Shown here: positions 48,796 to 62,170 of the stretch, in pieces
How the letters are laid out: each line of letters starts with the position of its first letter
How positions within the stretch are numbered: the first letter of the stretch is position 1
NCBI RefSeq assembly: GCF_006345805.1
Contig: NC_042997.1
Coordinates: 79,980,001 to 80,044,000 of the forward strand
Direction: 5' to 3'
Length of the DNA: 64,000 nt
Source of the DNA: Octopus sinensis
Taxonomy: Eukaryota
Translations under genes and position numbers: made by a program
The notes under the pieces: generated by a model
What the model was told of the DNA's origin: nothing
What the model saw: the letters and a program-made list of their open reading frames with translations, nothing else
The model's database searches: none

Positions 48796-51435
48796 CAGGG
48801 GCGGACTGAGAGTATTAAGGGCCCTCGGGCGTAACTGCTTACCTTAGCATTGATATCAAAGACTGCAGACTGCTAGATAATGAGAGGTTTAGAGGATGTC
48901 AACCTCAAAGAAAAAAAAAAAAAAGAAAAGAAAAAGAAAAAAAAAATGCTGTCTCAAATCAAACTGCATCTACACCATATTTGAATAAGCAATAATTAAA
49001 TAGGAAAAAAATGCCGCTTCTTAAATTATGCCATTCTTTTTGGGTCAGCTACTGAGTTTAAACTAAATAATATTCAAAAAATTTATTTACAACAAAGTTT
49101 ATACAGAATTACTTGTAATTATATTATATAAACATTAAAATCAAAAATCACAAACGCGTGCACACAGACGTACGCACACACACGCGCACGCTCGCACGTA
49201 TACAGATACAAAAACACACACACCAAGACACAAACACGTTCACGCACACACATACATACATATATACACTCGCAGACACATACACACACATACACACAGG
49301 CATACACAGAAAGAGGGAGATGCACACACACACATATACACATACAAACACATACACAAACATACACACACACAATTACACATGCAGGCCCGTAACTATG
49401 GGTACACACGCTCACTCACACACAAGCACACACGCTCACGCACACAGATACACATGCTCACTTACACACGGAAACACGAGCATGCACAAAGATACACACG
49501 CAGACACACATACACAGTCACACACAAACAAGTTGTTAAATATTTGAATAAGAAATTATTTAATAGGAAAACATTGCCGCTTCTCAAATTATGCTGTTCT
49601 TTTTTCTTTTTTTTTATCTGCTACTGTATTTCTGTATTTAAGGGTGCTATGAAATCCATAGCTTCGCAAATGTGTTCTGGTTTGACCAATGTATTCTAGT
49701 CCTAGATGTTTCTGACTACCTGTTTTGATTTTATTTGGATTTCCCAAACCGTAATCTTCTTATAAGAATCACTAAAAAAGTAGAAATTTCGGTAAGCAAA
49801 CCCTAAAGACTCGCTGCTGGAACACACACTCTGCTTGCGTCACTAATTACCAGATTTAGAACATGTGCTTAGCACAAAGTGTGAATATGATTTGGGCAAA
49901 CTTCTTTCATAAATGCCGGAAAGCCAGGTTATATCCCATTCATATTGGGAGCTCTGTCAAATGAATCTCCAATACACTGTTCTAGAGTCAGATTTATCTC
50001 AGCAAAGAGAATCACTTAGCAAGGTGCATAAGCTACCACTTGAGTTCTCTACATTTACCAGACGAACTAGTCTTTCCTTAACTCGGTCACCAACAACATA
50101 TTTAAGAACAATGGCACATTGATCATGAGTAGAGACATCTTGGGTAGAGTCAATTTGCATTGAAAACATACCCACATCTTTAACCTCCTTGGCAATTTCT
50201 TTTTTAATCATGCAAGCAACAATATTAAATATTTTTGTCACAATTGTTTTACTAAGGAAGGTTATGAATTTTCCACGCCCTTTTTGGAATGACTGTCGTT
50301 GTTTACCTTTTTCAATAACTTTTTGTAAATGCTCATGCAGACCTTGATTGTATTCTACAAGGAATTTTACAGCCTCTAGAAAATTACCACGATTGTCAAG
50401 ATTTCTTCACCAAATACATTTGCTACAGCTTCTGTATGTTTGCTGCGGTAAGGCAAGGCTTGGAAACTAGTATAGAAAACAGTATCAATTAGAAATCTTT
50501 ACAACAGAGCGAAGTTGAAGCACTTGCTGTATTTTTAACGAAAGTTGTTCTTTTAAAAGGCTGTGCATAATACACGTCTCACTGGAATTCACGAAGTAAG
50601 CTTCCGTAGAAAGTTTGTGACAGTGACTCTTTTCATGCTCAAATAGTCTTGTTGTGACATACCACCAATCGGAATAGCCTCGGGTCATCTGTTTATTTTG
50701 ACTTGTTTTTAAGTGCATACATACATCAAACAGAAAGAACAATGCAAAGTTATTTTTCTATCATTGTATGTCACTCATTTTCTGTTAATCTGCATTCACT
50801 GAATACCTTGCCAATATAAACTCCAGTGTTGTTGAATGGTATGTTTATTACAGGCTGATTTGGATGAAACTTCCAAAACATCTCTTGTGAAACTTCAGAT
50901 TTATATATAAAATATTTGCTTTTTTTTAAAGTTTAGCTTCTGAGACCTTAGCCATTGATTCATCTTCATACTTTGCAGCTTTAACAGGTGGCTCATTTTG
51001 AGTTTTACTTGAATGAGCTGGTTCAAGAAAGTCAACATTAGTATCAAAATTTGTTTTTAGAACTTCTGAGGATGTGCTTTCTACTTCTGAATAACCGTTG
51101 TCTACATTTTTAACTTGCTTTAAAGAGATTGATTTCTTACAAAATAATGCATCAATCTTATGTATGTTTCTCTCTATACTGATAAGCTCTTCTTTCTTTC
51201 CTTTTCTCTTTTGAGCACTACTTTTTATGTTTGTATTTATTTAGACTTGAAGACATTTCAAACTTATGTTAAATCTAAAAACAAAAATTGAAAATATTTA
51301 CAAAGAATAACATTTAACTGTGTGTTTGTATATGTGAATGTATGTTTTAATAGAGTTAACATATAAAGTGCGGGCCCATCAGAGCTCCGGGTCCTCTGGC
51401 AGTGCCTGATTGACCGACGGCTCAGTCCGCCCCTG
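48796..51435 (-). mobile_element. hAT DNA transposon, internally deleted (DUF4371/ZMYM1-like transposase remnants)
   Basis: Perfect 15-bp TIRs CAGGGGCGGACTGAG (48796-48810) and CTCAGTCCGCCCCTG (51421-51435); 8-bp TSD GACCTATT/GGCCTATT; fragments GNFLEAVKFL, FSMQIDSTQDVSTHDQCAIVLKYV, RLFEHEKSHCH. Confidence 0.93.
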
Positions 51436-51443
51436 GGCCTATT

Positions 51444-51915
51444 GGATGTATGAAGCCGAAGTGAAAAAAATCCGCTCGGTCCCTATGTCGCTGCATTCCG
51501 CCAACTTTAGATGTAAATTTTTTTTTATAGTGAAGCTAACACCATGCTCTCTAATTTCACTTAAGCATTTTCCTTGTCAGAAAAAAGGCATAGTCTTTCT
51601 TGCGTATAGTTGCTGATTCTGCAAGATGTATCTCTTGTAGTATTGTGAGGACTAGTTGGAATTTTAGTAATTCTTTAATCTCTACTGTCTCTCTTGTATC
51701 GTTGATCTTCAGGAGGTAGTATGGTCTGTACATTCCAACATCCTAACCCGAATACTGGATTCTTCTTTTGTCATCTTGTTATGCCAGGTGTAATATTTAC
51801 GATCTCGATGTATCCCTAAGCTACATGCACTAAGTGAGACAGGTGGACTGGAGAACCTAATAAGTTGGAGTTTGCCCAGCTTGAGGCTGGAAGTAGTTGC
51901 CCAGTGTGATACGAT

Positions 51916-51967
<52 letters not shown>

Positions 51968-52224
51968 TCTCTCTTTCAAGCGGCCTCTGACGCCGAGATC
52001 CGTACCAGTTTGAGGGCCAGTACAGTCTGGCATCAGTGGTGTCTCAGAAATTGCCAGAACGATGTTGAAAATAATGTTGGACTGCGTTTAAAGGCTTCAG
52101 CTTTAGATTTTACCTCTGGATTTACTCCCGGAGCCATTCCCATATTTGGGTTTTGGCACAAAACAGCAGGGGTCTGATGCTAGAGTTTTCTACTTACCAT
52201 TTTGACGAGTTCCATCTACCCAGA

Positions 52225-52255
<31 letters not shown>

Positions 52256-52520
52256 TGTATGTATGTATGTATGTATGCATGTATGTATGTATATGCATGC
52301 ATGCCAGGTCAGTCAAAAACGTTATCTGCTACTGTAACCACCAGGGCTATCTGTTTCATCGTCGGGTCGTCGGCGATTAAACTGGCGACACCATCCTAGG
52401 GTCTTACTGCTGTGTGTAGAGGGTAGATGCTGGCAACTCCCGTACCGGGTAGTCTCTCTCGAGGAAAAGAAGCCACCTGTGTAGCTCGATGACCACTCGT
52501 GGTGGCGTAAATCAGTCCTG
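51444..52520 (-). mobile_element. Old RTE LINE remnant, 5' part (5' UTR and endonuclease start)
   Basis: KTMPFF*QGKCLSEIREHGVSFTIK resembles the RTE endonuclease motif YTFFWQGK...REHGVGFA; continues across the hAT insertion. Confidence 0.65.
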
Positions 52521-54730
52521 GCTAGGATTATAATTATCTTCTGTTAACCATCAATCACTTTTCTTTAAAATTAAACTGCAACTTTAATATAGTGTACTGA
52601 CTGTTGATGACTAATGTAATTCTAGTAATCTTTTAGAAACAAGAAGAGAGAGAAGTAGAGAGAAAAGGTAAGAAATGGAAGAAAGGGATACTATTGAAAA
52701 ACATAGATAATTATGAGCACGTGCGCGCGCGTGCATCATGGACAGCAAGAAGGCTTCTTTCTGAATGGTATCTATTATAAAGTTATCAACCCTCTACCCC
52801 TTTACTTAGTCACACTTCATACAAATGCTCCTCATCCTCCTTTTTATCCATAACCATAACGTATGCATGCGTGTGTGTATGTATGTGCGCACTACTGTTA
52901 TCTTAACGATCTCTGTTCCTCCAAATTTGCCAATTGTGTACATCTATTTTAAACTTGCCTTACCTCTTACTGTCAACTCCCTTACTTTGCATCCGTTTAG
53001 AACTTCTAACTCCGTTTTTCATTTAATTAATATATCAATTCAGCTCAAGTATTAATTGCCTCTAATTGCTGGTATGCTCTTGTATAGGGGCATAAAAAGG
53101 CTATGAATCGACTAATTAAAAAAAACCCCTACAGCATTAAGATTATCAAAAATGATGATTTCTACTTCAAAGTAGAAATATACCTGACCAGTTCTAAAAC
53201 CTATGTAAATTCTCAATGTCTGTTGTATATTCATGGCAAATGAAATCTTAATCTCAATTTTGATTCTCAATGAAAACTATCTTATTAATACCACTTTGCA
53301 TTTCTCTTCTCTATCATGTACATTTAAGAAATTGTTATAAAAAATAATAGCCGAGGAAATAAGGGTTGTTTGGACTACGAGCAATAAGGAAGATATGAAA
53401 CTGTGTGGCAGGACATTCTATTGACATTTTATTTTTAAGGGATCAGAAAGGTGTGGTGGTAGTTCGAATCTTGGGATGTGACTATATGTAGCCGTGGTTG
53501 TTTCGTTTTGTCTCCAGGAAGGACACAAAAATCTGCTTAAAAGAAGTTTTTTTTTAGGAAGTCTCAAACAAGGCGCGACGAGAAGCCACTTAGTGTAAGG
53601 CACTATGAAGAAGGAGAAATTAAGATGAAAGGAATGAATTCAAGACTTGAATGAGTTCAGATCATAAGAAGGTGAAAAACAATGAGATGGAAGAGAATTA
53701 TGAAGCCTGGCAGCTTGAGTAAAGAAGCTACGACCTTAAAAAGATTTCCTGTTTTCGCAGAAGCACACCAGCATTTGGATGAAGATGCTGTGAGTTTTGA
53801 GTTAGCCTCATGAGTTATAGCGATTTATGATAACCAAAACGAAGCAAATGTTCTAAGAGTAAATTTTATTGAAGACATATAAGAGTGACGTATCACATGG
53901 GTTAATAAGTTAAACCTTCAATTTTTCTTTTTCAATAGACTGAAAGTAACGAGAAGACACTTATTTGGAACAAAAGATATTTAGGATTTCTCTGATATTC
54001 TTTGAGGCATTACGTAAACGAATGACCATCTATATGGTCATTCGTCCAGCTAGAAATAACCCCCAAAGCTCTTTCATATCACACCTTTACCATCTTAAAA
54101 ATCAATCTGGAATACATTATACTTAGAAAACAGAAAGTTGCATGGTTATGCCTGGAATACTTTTGGTCATTTGTGGTTGCTCGATTACAATTGATTTAGG
54201 TCTAAACAACATTATACTTTTATTAATTAGTTTTGGAGACCCAACTCATTTACGTTGTATGTATGTATGTATGTATGTATGTATGTATGTATGTATGTAT
54301 GTACGTACGTACGTACCTATGTATGAATGTCATTATTCAGTTTTATTTCAAGATTTCATGCCAATAGATAAAGAGCCGGTCTCTAACCTACATCCAATGT
54401 TCCTTCACTGGAATTTCAACATCAACAGGTATTAGTGCATGTGTGCAGTGTTGGGAGTTAATGCATGTGCAGATTTGTATGTTTTGTCTTATGTATTTTC
54501 TCTTTCGCTAATCATTAGCTTTAACATCCACTGGGCAGCTGATTTCCACATCTGTACACAGTTTCTCTTCTTTATCCAAAATCACTGTCAGATCTATTAT
54601 GTTTACATTTTATTGAAGTTTTCAAGGAGACATTCCACCAGTACTCCTTCTTATTATGAGTGACTATAGCTTCTATTATACGATGGATTCTTATACATAC
54701 ATACGTATATATGTATTTGTATATATATTA

Positions 54731-55075
54731 GGCATGGCTGTGTGGTAAGAAGTTTGCTTCTCAATCACATGGTTCAGGGTTCAGTTCCACTGCGTGGTTC
54801 CCTGGGCAAGTGTTTTCTTCTATAGTCTCAACCGTCTATCAAATCCACCTGGATTTGATAGACAGAAACTGAAACAAGCCCGTCGTATATATATACGTTC
54901 AGAGATTTATTATATATATATATATATATGAGGGTGGATATGTGTCTTTGTCCCCCACCACCGCTTGACAACAACCGGTGTTCGAAACTTAGCGGCTCGT
55001 CTAAACAGACCGATAGAAAAAGTATTAGCGTCGATTTGTTCGACTAAACTCTTCAAGGTGGTGCCCCAGCATGGT
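54731..55075 (+). mobile_element. tRNA-derived SINE
   Basis: ggcatggctgtgtggtaag...gggttcagttccactgcgtgg...gtgccccagcatgg. Confidence 0.82.
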
Positions 55076-55694
55076 CATTATAGTACTTATAGGTGAAATT
55101 TTATTTTATTATTTTTTTTTTTGGAGTCGACAATATAACGGTGACTTAATAGGAAATAAAGAACATTGTAACTAATTGTAATGTTGCTTGTTTTGTCATA
55201 ACACAATCCCAACGTTACATCCTAGTTTGCTAGCTGTTCCCAATAAAGAGTTCACTATACAAGAACGGCACCCCAAGGTATTATTGACATTTATCAGAAA
55301 ATGAAACGTTATCTAACGTCCATAAAAAAATGAGCTCAGAATCCGTTCCAAACTGATTAAAATTGCTAACAATCAATAAATGTACGTAAAATATGTAATA
55401 CGCAAAAGGAGAAATTTACTTCAAAGAAAAATAAGGCTGAGAATGATTTTTGTATGTTTTTATCTTATATTTAAAAAACAAATATTCCTTGAACATATTT
55501 ATGAATAATTTTGAATATGAATTCATAATCTATTTCATAAATAAATGTAAAATAAACAAATATTAATTTTACTTAAAACCAGTAATCTGATCAGAAGGGG
55601 CTTTTTTTCTTTCTGAGAAATGATCGACAAGCGTTTTTCATTGTACCTTATTTTAGAATGTGTTTCTTCTCCGGATTTATGTTTTCTACAGACG

Positions 55695-55749
55695 ATATAT
55701 ATATATATATATGTAGCGTATATATGTATGTATGCATGTATGTGTGTGC

Positions 55750-55805
<56 letters not shown>

Positions 55806-55826
55806 CGTATGTATGCATGTGCGCGC

Positions 55827-55903
<77 letters not shown>

Positions 55904-55915
55904 ATATATATATTT
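55695..55915. repeat. Long (TA)n array about 430 bp upstream of the signal-peptide exon
   Basis: Direct inspection. Confidence 0.95.
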
Positions 55916-56099
55916 AATGGTGCTAAGAAAAAGTAACTGTTTTCCTAAGAACAATCATAAATATATATGTACATAAGGATAAACATTTGGTTGAGGTGAC
56001 CTGTAAGAATCTGGAGATTCAACATCATATCATGAATGAACGTATCTGATGCATGTATAAATTACTTAATGTCTTCTGAATAATAATACAGTTGCGAAT

Positions 56100-56345
56100 G
56101 CATTGTGATATCTATAGAATCGGTGATAAGCCGTTGCTGGAATCACATTACTGTCAGCAGTAGTAATATTATTAGCTCGAGGTGTTGTTGTGCAATATTA
56201 GAAGCAGTACTGAATTGCTTCTCTTGATGAACTTTACGGTATAAGATTCGTTGTAGTTAAATCGAACTGGAGCGAGGCTGGCAGCAGTTGTAGTAGCAAC
56301 ATCAGTTTTGTGGAGCCGCACACTTATCTTTGCTTCATTAGTATA
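56100..56345 (+). promoter_or_regulatory. Candidate promoter/5' UTR of the signal-peptide exon
   Basis: Non-repetitive, CpG-retaining sequence directly upstream of the ATG; Inr-like TCAGTT at 56302-56307 (weak evidence on its own). Confidence 0.35.
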
Positions 56346-56491
56346 ATGGCGTCCGCAACATCTATTCGGTGCGCAAACCATATAACTTGTTTCTTGACAG
56401 CATTAATATACTGTCAATTTATTGGATTTTGCATTTTATCTGGTTGTGTAAACGCACAAAATAGTAAACAAGAATTTCCTTCAAAAAAGCT
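56346..56491 (+). CDS. Probable first coding exon (signal peptide) of a secreted/membrane protein, most likely an alpha2delta subunit
   Basis: ataATGGCG start; MASATSIRCANHITCFLTALIYCQFIGFCILSGCVNAQNSKQEFPSKK(L) gives a hydrophobic stretch, a V-N-A cleavage-like site and an FPS motif; strong phase-2 donor CT|gtaagt; CpG-rich surroundings. Vertebrate alpha2delta-1 exon 1 ends ...EPFPSAV(T), also in phase 2 (recalled, not checked). Confidence 0.65.
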
Positions 56492-58889
56492 GTAAGTTTT
56501 TTTTTATACCTTTTACGCTTTCTTGTTACCTGATAGATATACATGTATTTTTAATTGATGTCACTACTAAACAATTAATTTTAATTTTTTTTTTTAAAAA
56601 AAAGCTCAACAATTAACTTAACTCAGCTAATAGATACTAATTGCTTTCCTTTAGATAACTGTCTTCGTTGTCTCTAAAAGGTCAACATTAGCGTGTTTTT
56701 CGCTTTCTTTCACTATTACGAAAATATCCCTGCTGTACGCTGGCTGAGGCAAGAAGGTGCGCGTATACTACCTTCCACCTGTGACAAGCAGCTGATAAAT
56801 ATGTATTTATTCAGCAGTTGGACCGTTCTTTCCTTTTCTACTTTTCATTTGTTTTCTTTATCTCTTCTTTTGTGTGTGCGTTATTCTTTTTTCTTTGTTA
56901 TATATATTTTATAAATCGTATTCCGATACTGATACTGTAATATTTCCGTGAGTGAATGAGTGAGTGTTTTAAGATATTTTAAATTAAACTCCAAAACATT
57001 TCCCCTCTCTGCAACATGTAGAAATTTTAATTGACGTTTAATTGATTGTTACCGCCATCATTTTACATGACAGAATTGATATATAAAATAAATGAAATTA
57101 TGAGATCATCCTTGTTATGTTACTGACACATCTTATCCTTGAATATTTTCGTGTAACATTTTGTTAATGAGAACTCGGACTGCTGATAACCCACTGTCCT
57201 CCAGGTGTTCTCTTTTTATCCCATAACGATATTTAGATAGATTCACTTGAAATTTATCTTCTTTTAAAAAGGAAAATATCAACTATTTTGTTTTCATCGA
57301 ATGTGTTAATTTCATATTTTTTAACGTATTCACTGCCATATGTACGATTTTTACCTGAATGTCTTCGCTTTCACAGTTCTGAAATATCTAGATGGAAAAT
57401 TATTAAAGCTTCTTCGTATAGTACTACGGTGATTTTATAAATGTATAAAAAATGTTACTAATAAATAGAATCTAGATATATATTCCAAGAGTTGGGAATA
57501 GAGTACACCTGTAGACAGACCATTTTTGCTTCCTATTTTCAGGAAAAAACATAACTCGAAAAAAGGATATAGATCATGTTTCCTAAATTATAAAATTAAA
57601 CAACCGTTAAAATAATAAAATGTTCAACATTGTCTCAGCTTGGAGAGAAATGAAAATATTGTTAGAGACGATCTTTAGAATTGTGAAGTATGAAATCAAT
57701 ACAATTCTCTAAATAGTCGTCTGCACCAGCTTTATTTAAAAACCAGATGAAATGTGAGAAGCAATTAATGACATTTGTCATTGAAAATATCGAAGGATTT
57801 TTTAAAGTCGATGTCTATAATCTAATCTAATCAAAATAATATAATAAAAATAATGAATATCTTCAATAGAAAAGATGCTTGTTACGCAGACGATTCCTGT
57901 TATCACCCGTTTTATAATCAGCATGTTAATGATCCCTCACAGACTTGAGCATTACGGCTTACTTAGTAAACATTTATGTTTTCTGAGAATGAATGAAAAA
58001 ATAAATCATTTCAGATATTTTTAGTTTGAAATATTATAACGAATTCTAAGAAATAATATAATAAATCGATGAACTTTATATAATGAATGTTTTATTATAA
58101 TCCACTGAATTAGGTACATTGAGAAAAAGTAGGGGTACTTTCACTTCGGTACATATTATTGTTATACGGAATTTATATTTTAATTCCTGTAGACATAAGG
58201 CTGGTGAGAGAAAAACCGAATAGATAAAAAAAAATACGAGTTGCGCTTTTTTTTTTTACTGCTGCCTTCGAAATTATCATTTTCATCAACATTATCAGGC
58301 GTAATTAACGCCGACTAATCAGATATTCAGATATGACATCATGCGATAATTGCAGATAACGTTAAATTCTTGGTCTAAAAGAGTCATTTATTTAAAATTT
58401 GATTTTTCCTTTTGTAGATCTTTTCCTTTTAAATTGAAAAGGAAAAAATTGGGAGAACTGTAGTAATTTGGTTGGTGGGCAGAGCATTAGAAGCGTCTTC
58501 CTCAGAACTTGTGACTATACTGTTTGATAGGTATACTTTCCAATTACTTATTTCCCTTGAAGAGATAACGTTTGTAAGTAACATGTGACGAAGAAAAAAT
58601 CACTTGAGATTGTCAAAGAATATTTCTGACCGTTTGAAGTAACTATAAATATAATGTTGCCATATTTAGAGGAGTCGAGTCGGGATACCCTTCAAGGGAG
58701 GTAACATACGCATGAAGAACGGCCTCGTGAAGATTTACTAAATATATATATTCTTTGATGGGTGATATATGATAAGGGATGACAGGTTTGCTTAACGTAA
58801 ATGCCACATATGATCATCTTCTAATGTTTCCTGAGCTGGCAGCAAGGCTGGGAAAAACTTCGGTTATTATCATCAATTTAAACCTTCGA

Positions 58890-58934
<45 letters not shown>

Positions 58935-58990
58935 ATACTAAGTAATTAAGGGTTTAGCAATTAATTAATTTCACCCTTTATTGCTACTGA

Positions 58991-59044
<54 letters not shown>

Positions 59045-61739
59045 TAAGCGAATAACGCATTGCCAAAGACTAGGTCTGGGCATACCTGTATTGTAAAGAT
59101 TATCTTAAAGAATAAAAAATGAAATAAATATAATCGTCTACCAGTACATTTAAATTTGATGATACATATTCCAATAAATTGAAATATTTTGCTTTGTATA
59201 TTGAGATAACGAATGAAATAAGTATTAGTATTGTTCATCTAAAGAAAACACTTTAGGAATCTAATCATTCGAAATGGCTCATCACATATAGAAAACACTA
59301 TAAAGTTAAACGTGAAATGTTAAGACTCTCATGCAAAAGAGAAATTTTACTTTGTCGTTATACTTTTGTGGAAAATTATTATTATCTGTATCTTTTTACC
59401 CTCCTATATTAAAGGGCGGAGAAAGTGAATGAAGTTAGTGTATATAATGTTCAGTTTAGATTTGATGAAGGTGTGTAGTTGGAAGGAAAACCTAATGGGG
59501 TAAGAATTCTGGAATGAGGATTTTGGTAAGGATTTTGGTAAAAACGTTAGCATGGATCTAGGATGAGCTAAGATACAGCGGGTATAAGGGGAGGAGGAGG
59601 AGTTGAGAATATTGAAAGGGTTTAGATGTGTGTGTGAGTGACAGAGAGAGAGAGAGAGAGAGAGAGAATGTGTGTGTGTGTATTCTGACAACCTGTTAAG
59701 ATGTGCAGAAACCATTGTAATAGAATGGAAGAAACAGGATATAATTTGACAGTTGGCCAGTAGTTGTGTAACATTGGTAGTTGAAGGCTTACCTATCACA
59801 TGAATTGCATTTTTGCTGAGATAAAGTCTTCAAAAGATGTGTGCATTCCCCATTTCAGATAATTGAACAATAATCTAGTGTAGGTAAATTGACTTTGTAT
59901 AGGATTAATTAAGACTGAAGTATTTTCTGTCTCTGAAGAGAAAACTCAGCTGTTGCAAATTGCAGGGTGTGTCATAAGGAGTGTTATAATTTTAGTTGTT
60001 TATATTGATAATCCAAAATATATTTAATTTTATCTTTTATTCAAATCCATTTTAGCTAATAAACTGTCTTTGATTATTTTTGCAAATCTCATATTATTTG
60101 CCACCTAACTTGAATTCTTTGTGCTTTTATAAATATTCACTTATATTTATCAATTCTTAAGATCAAATGCCTGTGGAACCACAAGTAAATTAGCAATGCT
60201 GGTTTATCACCCATTTATAGCAAATTACAAACCTTTGCCTTTCTTTTCTCTCTGTATCCATTGTTCACTTTATCAGTTTCTGCCTGTCTATCATTACACA
60301 CACACACACACCTCCCATCTGTCTCTCTTGTCGGCTGTCTATCCATACATGATCACAAATGTATTTAAAATATTTTAAGGATGTTTAGCAAAACTATAAT
60401 GAACATGATATTAATGAAAACTAAATTAGTAAGTATTACTGGGGGTGGGGGTGGGGGAATCAGTCAAATGATTTTTATCTATGGTTGGCTTTTTGATACT
60501 TCCTGATTTTTATCTATACATGTGGCATTCTGATGTACTAGTTATTGCCTAACATGTATAAATTTATTTAGGTGCTCAATTTATTATTTTTATTAACTAT
60601 ATTAAACAAATAAACGTGCTTTAAGTTCTCATATAGCAATAGCATTTTTTTTCATGACATACCCATACAAATGAAACTTGTAGCCTAATAATGTCTGTAA
60701 TGAAATGCAGTGTGTCAACTTTGGAAGTTATTATATACTTAATGCAACCAGACTAACATCAAGGATTTAGCTTCACAAAATATTATTCATATTGTATGAT
60801 AATACAATATAGATTTCTTGAATGTATTCCTCTCAGTTTCTGAATTTGTTTGCTAAATATATACTCCTTGGAAAACAATATTTCTCTAAAAGAACTACAG
60901 CAAAAAAGGAAAAAAAAAATGTGTGGTTTTTACAGTGCAATCTTTCAGACTTAAAATTACAATTTTTTTGGTTGCTTAGAAATAGCTGTCAAGTCTTTCT
61001 CAAATCACATTGTACTACCTTGAAAAGAAAAAAAGGCATTGAATAGAGAAGTCCTAGATACAGTATGTCTGAAAAAAAAAGGAAAAAAAGAGAAAAAAAG
61101 AAAAAGTGGTGTTACAGCTTGAATGCTTGTGATCATAGATCTACTCGGTTAGAGCAGACCTGGGGGTAAATAGTTGTAACATATATGCTCCAGTACACTC
61201 CTCTTTCTACCAAGCCTTTTTCTCTTTTTTTTTGTTTCTAATATATTTCTTTACCAACCATTTTCTTTTCTAATTTAGAATATATTTGTTGACTTTTGCA
61301 ATGATGCTGTGTAAATATGTATCACCTTTTTATCAATTTTACTAGGGTCATTTGTTCCAGAAATCTTCCTCACTCCATCATATGACTTGATAGCTTTCTA
61401 TCCACTCTTTATTGTTATACCTAGTTCTAAATATGGTCACAATCATTCTACTCTAAGCTTTTCTCTTCAGCAAGTTCTTTCATTCAATAATTTTATACAG
61501 TGTTATAAAAACAAATGAATATACTTAATTGGTTTCAGCCAATTATTGCAAACCTCATCTACTTTATTAGAAATAAAGTTACTATGTTGGTATGAAATTC
61601 TTCTACTACTATTTTTTTTCTTTTTCTCTCTCTCATTCTTCTCTTCCTGCTATGTTTTATTCTTTTTTATAGTTACTTTTTGTCTCTGTCTTATGTTGAT
61701 TTTTCCCCACCGCTTCTTAGCTCTGGAAAAAATAAATGA

Positions 61740-62170
61740 AAAATCAATGTAATGAAGAAGGACACACAAAACAGTTTTTATTTTATTGTTTTTTGTCTTC
61801 TATATCCATTTGTTTTTTCATCATTTTTATTTCTTTTTGCTACTTATCTTTTCTTTCTTCTGTTTTTATTTCTTGTTCTCTTTTGTTTCCTCTCCTGTCT
61901 CTTTCTCTTCTCTCTTTTTTCATTCTCCTCTGTCTTTCTTTCTCTTTTTTCTTTCTCTGGCTTTTTTTTCTTGCCTTTTTCCTTTATCTCATTGCTCTCC
62001 TTTGCTTCATCCCATCTATATTTTTTACTTTCACTCTCTCATCTGTCCTCTTTCTCCTCTCCTTTCTTGCCTTATCTTGTTTCTTCTTTCTCTTCTTCTA
62101 CTGAATCTTCTGTTCTGAGTTTTCTGTTGATTTTTTTTTTCTCTTTTTGTTTCTTTCTCCTCTTTCTTTA
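61740..62170. repeat. Pyrimidine-rich (CT) low-complexity tract
   Basis: Almost exclusively C/T on the + strand; explains the F/L/S-rich spurious ORFs. Confidence 0.9.

Noticed and set aside
59404-59799. 131-aa minus-strand ORF
   Set aside because: Non-ATG start, interrupted by microsatellite-encoded THTHSLSLS, no recognisable domain.
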